64,000 bases of DNA from an uncultured Dietzia sp. (lineage in GTDB: Bacteria; Actinomycetota; Actinomycetes; Mycobacteriales; Mycobacteriaceae), in contig NZ_CALMYY010000030.1 in assembly GCF_937873725.1 (NCBI RefSeq), forward strand, positions 2,157-66,156. The letters are read 5' to 3'. Of the stretch, positions 61,617 to 64,000 are shown piece after piece. Both the position numbers and the translations under genes were made by a program. Every line of letters starts with the position of its first letter. The stretch's first letter is position 1. The notes under the pieces were generated by a model that saw only the letters and a list, made by a program, of their open reading frames with translations, was not told the origin of the DNA and searched no databases.

Positions 61617-63062
61617 GTGGCCGACGCGCAGGACCGGTGGGTCCTGCACGTGGACATGGACGCGTTCTTCGCCTCCTGCGAGCAGCTCACCCGGCCGACC
61701 CTGCGGGGTCGGCCGGTGCTGGTGGGCGGGGTCGGCGGCCGCGGCGTGGTGGCGGGCTGTTCGTACGAGGCCCGCGCGCGCGGGGCCCGCTCGGCGATGC
61801 CCGCCCACCAGGCCAGGCGCCTGGTGGGGCCCTCGGCGGTGTTCCTGCCGCCGCGGATGGCGGTGTACCGCGCGTTGAGCCGACGGGTGTTCGAGGTGTT
61901 CGCGCAGCACGCGCCGGTGGTCGAGCAGGTCTCGGTGGACGAGGCCTTCCTCGAGCCGCCGGAGTTGCGGGGCGCCGACGTCGAGCGAACGCGCGGGTGG
62001 GCGCGGGACCTGCGCGCGGCCATCCGCGAGACCACGGGCCTGCCGGCCTCCGTGGGCGCGGGCGCGGGCAAGCAGTACGCCAAGATCGCCTCGGAGCTGG
62101 CCAAGCCGGACGGCATCGCGGTGGTGCACCGGCGGGACCACGCCGAGGTCTTCGACCCGCTGCCGGTCCGGAGCCTGTGGGGGGTGGGGCCGGTCTCGGG
62201 GGAGCGGCTGTCGCAGTTCGGGATCGCCACCATCGGGGACCTGGCCGCGATGGACGACGACGACGTGGTCCACGCGCTCGGGCGGACCGTGGGCCCGGCG
62301 ATCGCCCGGATCGCGAGGGGGTACGACGACCGGCCGGTGCACGAGCGGGCCGAGGCCAAGCAGATCAGCGCCGAGAGCACGTTCGCCGCCGACCTCACCA
62401 CGGCCGGCCAGGTGGCGGTGGCGGTGCGGCGGTCCGCGGAGGGGGCCCACCGGCGGCTGCTGTCCGACGGTCGCGCGGCCCGGACCGTCACGGTGAAGGT
62501 CAAGCGCTCCGACTTCACCTCGATCACCCGCTCGTTCACGCTGCCGGCCGGCACCACCTCGCTGGAGACGGTCATCGCGGTGGCCCTGTCACTGGCCCCG
62601 GACCCCGTCGACTTCGGCGCGATCCGTCTGCTCGGCGTGGGCCTGTCCGGACTGACGGAGATCCACCAGGACGCGCTCTTCGAGCAGGAGTTCGTCCCCG
62701 AGGTGCGGCACACCCTCGTCGGCGACCGGGACGACGACCTCCCCGACATCGTGGGGGTGGGGACGACCGTCACGACCGACGACGACGAGCCCGCGATCGC
62801 CGGTGGTGGGGCCGGGTCCGGGGAGCCGGTTCACGCTCCTGCGGCCATCGGGGCGTGGCGGCAGGGGCATCGGGAGCGGTTCCGGACCGGTGCCGATGTG
62901 CGCCACCCCGAGTTCGGCCACGGCTGGGTGCAGGGCTCGGGGCTCGGCCGGGTGTCCGTGCGGTTCGAGACCGCGGTCACCGGGCCGGGTCGGATGAGGA
63001 CCTTCGCCGAGGACGACCCGGTGCTGGAGACCGCGGACCCGCTGGACTCCCTCGGCTGGTGA
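61617..63062 (+). CDS. dinB: DNA polymerase IV (Y-family) with C-terminal extension
   Basis: [16 protein letters not shown] catalytic motif. QDALF clamp-binding-like motif at 62667-62681. About 130 extra residues end in a [14 protein letters not shown]... module. GTG start. Confidence 0.9.
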   Translation: MADAQDRWVLHVDMDAFFASCEQLTRPTLRGRPVLVGGVGGRGVVAGCSYEARARGARSAMPAHQARRLVGPSAVFLPPRMAVYRALSRRVFEVFAQHAPVVEQVSVDEAFLEPPELRGADVERTRGWARDLRAAIRETTGLPASVGAGAGKQYAKIASELAKPDGIAVVHRRDHAEVFDPLPVRSLWGVGPVSGERLSQFGIATIGDLAAMDDDDVVHALGRTVGPAIARIARGYDDRPVHERAEAKQISAESTFAADLTTAGQVAVAVRRSAEGAHRRLLSDGRAARTVTVKVKRSDFTSITRSFTLPAGTTSLETVIAVALSLAPDPVDFGAIRLLGVGLSGLTEIHQDALFEQEFVPEVRHTLVGDRDDDLPDIVGVGTTVTTDDDEPAIAGGGAGSGEPVHAPAAIGAWRQGHRERFRTGADVRHPEFGHGWVQGSGLGRVSVRFETAVTGPGRMRTFAEDDPVLETADPLDSLGW

Positions 63063-63103
63063 CCCCCCGGCGCCCGCCCCCCCGGCGCCCGCCCCCCCCG
63101 GGG
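63063..63103. repeat. C-run/GGCGCCCG tandem repeat immediately after the dinB stop
   Basis: CCCCCCGGCGCCCG (63063-63076), then CCCCCCCGGCGCCCG (63077-63091), then a partial CCCCCCCCGGGG. Confidence 0.85.
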
Positions 63104-63196
63104 TGCGCTGGCTGAATGGACCGATCCCGCAGCACAAGCGGGGGATTTCCGAGCAAAGGGACAGCGCGGGTCAAAGGGGCAGCGCGGGTCGGAGGG
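63096..63196. repeat. 101-nt repeat, copy A
   Basis: CCCCGGGGTGCGCTGGCTGAATGGACCGATCCCGCAGCACAAGCGGGGGATTTCCGAGCAAAGGGACAGCGCGGGTCAAAGGGGCAGCGCGGGTCGGAGGG. About 95 percent identical to copy B. Confidence 0.9.
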
Positions 63197-63292
63197 CCGG
63201 GAGCGGGGCAGCGTCTCCGCGGCCCGGTTGTGCTGCGTGTCTGGACCGTTCCCGCAGCGCGGCTCAGACGCCGGCGCCTCCCCGTGAGCGCT

Positions 63293-63425
63293 CCCCGGGG
63301 TGCGCTGGCTGAATGGACCGATCCCGCAGCGCAAGCGGGGGATTTCCGGGCAAAGGGGCAGCGCGGGTCGAAGGGGCAGCGCAAGCGGGGGATTCCCGGG
63401 CAAAGGGGCAGCGCAGGTCGGAGGG
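63293..63425. repeat. 133-nt repeat, copy B (copy A plus one extra 32-nt internal unit)
   Basis: Same sequence as copy A with 5 substitutions. It also carries an additional CAGCGCAAGCGGGGGATTCCCGGGCAAAGGGG unit before the terminal CAGCGCAGGTCGGAGGG. Confidence 0.9.
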
Positions 63426-63448
63426 GGAGGCGTTCGCGAGCCGGCTAG

Positions 63449-64000
63449 TCAGCTGTAGAGGTGGTAGCGGGGCCAGTGTCGGCGGACCTCGTCGGCGGCC
63501 GCGGCCTCGGCTCCCGTACCCGCGTTGGCCCGGGAGAGGAGGGCCGCGAGCAGGACCCGGGCCTGGCCGGAGCGGAGGTATCCGCAGCTCAGCGCCCCGC
63601 GACCGGCGAGTTCGGCACCGCCCCCGAGACCGCCGTACGTGGCGGTGGCCTCACCGCGGGGCACGCGGGTGCCGACGGCCACCACGATGTCCGGCCGGGA
63701 GTCGGCCAGCTCCGCGACCGCCTCGGCGACCAGCGGCGGGAGATTCCCGGACCCGGAGCCCTCCAGGACGAGCCCGCGGGCCCCGGCCGCGACGCAGGCG
63801 CGCAGGGCGACGGCGTCCGACCCGGGAGGGCAGGCCACCACGTCCACCCGGACGTCGGAGAAACGGGCCCGGCCGGACAGGGTGGGTCGCTCGAGCTCGG
63901 CGGGAAGCCCCTCGACGGGATGATCCGGGGCGTTGCGGGCGAACGCGACGGTCTCGGTGGTGTGCCACTTCCGCACCCCGCGGGCCTGCAGGATCGCCCG
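63449..64000 (-). CDS. ansA: L-asparaginase, C-terminal part (5' end lies beyond the window)
   Basis: The frame is open to the window edge. ...ARGLVLEGSGSGNLPP...VAVGTRVPRG... Synteny with Rv1538c next to dinB/ileS. Confidence 0.8.
   Translation of the reverse strand, partial: RAILQARGVRKWHTTETVAFARNAPDHPVEGLPAELERPTLSGRARFSDVRVDVVACPPGSDAVALRACVAAGARGLVLEGSGSGNLPPLVAEAVAELADSRPDIVVAVGTRVPRGEATATYGGLGGGAELAGRGALSCGYLRSGQARVLLAALLSRANAGTGAEAAAADEVRRHWPRYHLYS

Noticed and set aside
58230-62450. 1406-aa ORF on the minus strand opposite ileS/dinB
   Set aside because: Same reasoning: the plus strand encodes IleS with HIGH and KMSKS motifs. The antisense product is R/G/P/H-rich with no domain signature.
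63096-63425. CRISPR array
   Set aside because: There are only two long (101/133-nt) copies, with nested sub-repeats and one 96-nt unique interval. No regular repeat-spacer periodicity is present, and there are no cas genes in the window.
62831-63448. ORFs 62831-63403 (minus, 190 aa) and 63116-63448 (plus, 110 aa) as protein-coding genes
   Set aside because: They lie almost entirely in the repeat array. Their repeated peptides (e.g. CGIGPFSQRTPG twice) simply mirror the DNA repeats. I see no ribosome-binding site, and the minus-strand ORF also overlaps the dinB 3' end.

Overview
This is a very GC-rich chromosomal segment; third-codon positions are almost all G/C. It comes from an actinobacterium of the Mycobacteriales/Corynebacteriales type. 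Gene order follows M. tuberculosis Rv2204c down to Rv2144c, then continues into ileS-dinB-ansA as in non-mycobacterial relatives; I cannot name the genus from sequence alone.

Contents, left to right:
- erpA-adoK, asnB, and the respiratory genes ctaC-ctaF.
- A three-gene block (acyl-CoA dehydrogenase, DUF3253 protein, KstD-like flavoprotein), then qcrCAB-ctaE and trpD.
- An exonuclease/GIY-YIG fusion gene, and two NlpC/P60 cell-wall hydrolases, the first behind a c-di-AMP (ydaO-type) riboswitch.
- pimB, fadD15, an SRPBCC protein, an acyltransferase, an Rv2179c-type exoribonuclease and aroG.
- pknL (with five PASTA repeats) next to its Rv2175c-like partner, then mptA-idsA2, metF, and GNAT / CrtI-like oxidoreductase / lppM.
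- A HEPN-like protein plus a DUF3040 protein, then the complete dcw cluster: mraZ-rsmH-ftsL-ftsI-murE-murF-mraY-murD-ftsW-murG-murC-ftsQ-ftsZ-pgeF-(META lipoprotein, antisense)-yggS-sepF-yggT-wag31.
- A T-box leader with ileS, dinB, a repeat-filled spacer, and the 3' part of ansA.

Many neighbouring genes overlap by 4 nt (ATGA/GTGA/TTGA), which indicates translational coupling.

I found no rRNA, tRNA, CRISPR array, transposase, integrase, prophage or recognisable defence genes. This is a core housekeeping region, and I do not see a convincing new multi-gene system.

The best leads are cis-acting:
- Five GTGGGG boxes in exact 10-bp phase upstream of mraZ, with an inverted cluster about 190 bp further upstream.
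- A nested repeat array downstream of dinB.
- A PcrA/UvrD-type Tudor-like tail on DinB.
- A RecA-independent (PafBC-type) promoter feeding a leaderless exonuclease/GIY-YIG gene.
- A Trp-codon cluster in front of trpD.

Limits: start codons were chosen by eye (homolog N-termini recalled from memory, Shine-Dalgarno spacing, overlaps) and may be off by a few codons. RNA-motif calls rest on recognising conserved strings, not covariance-model scores.
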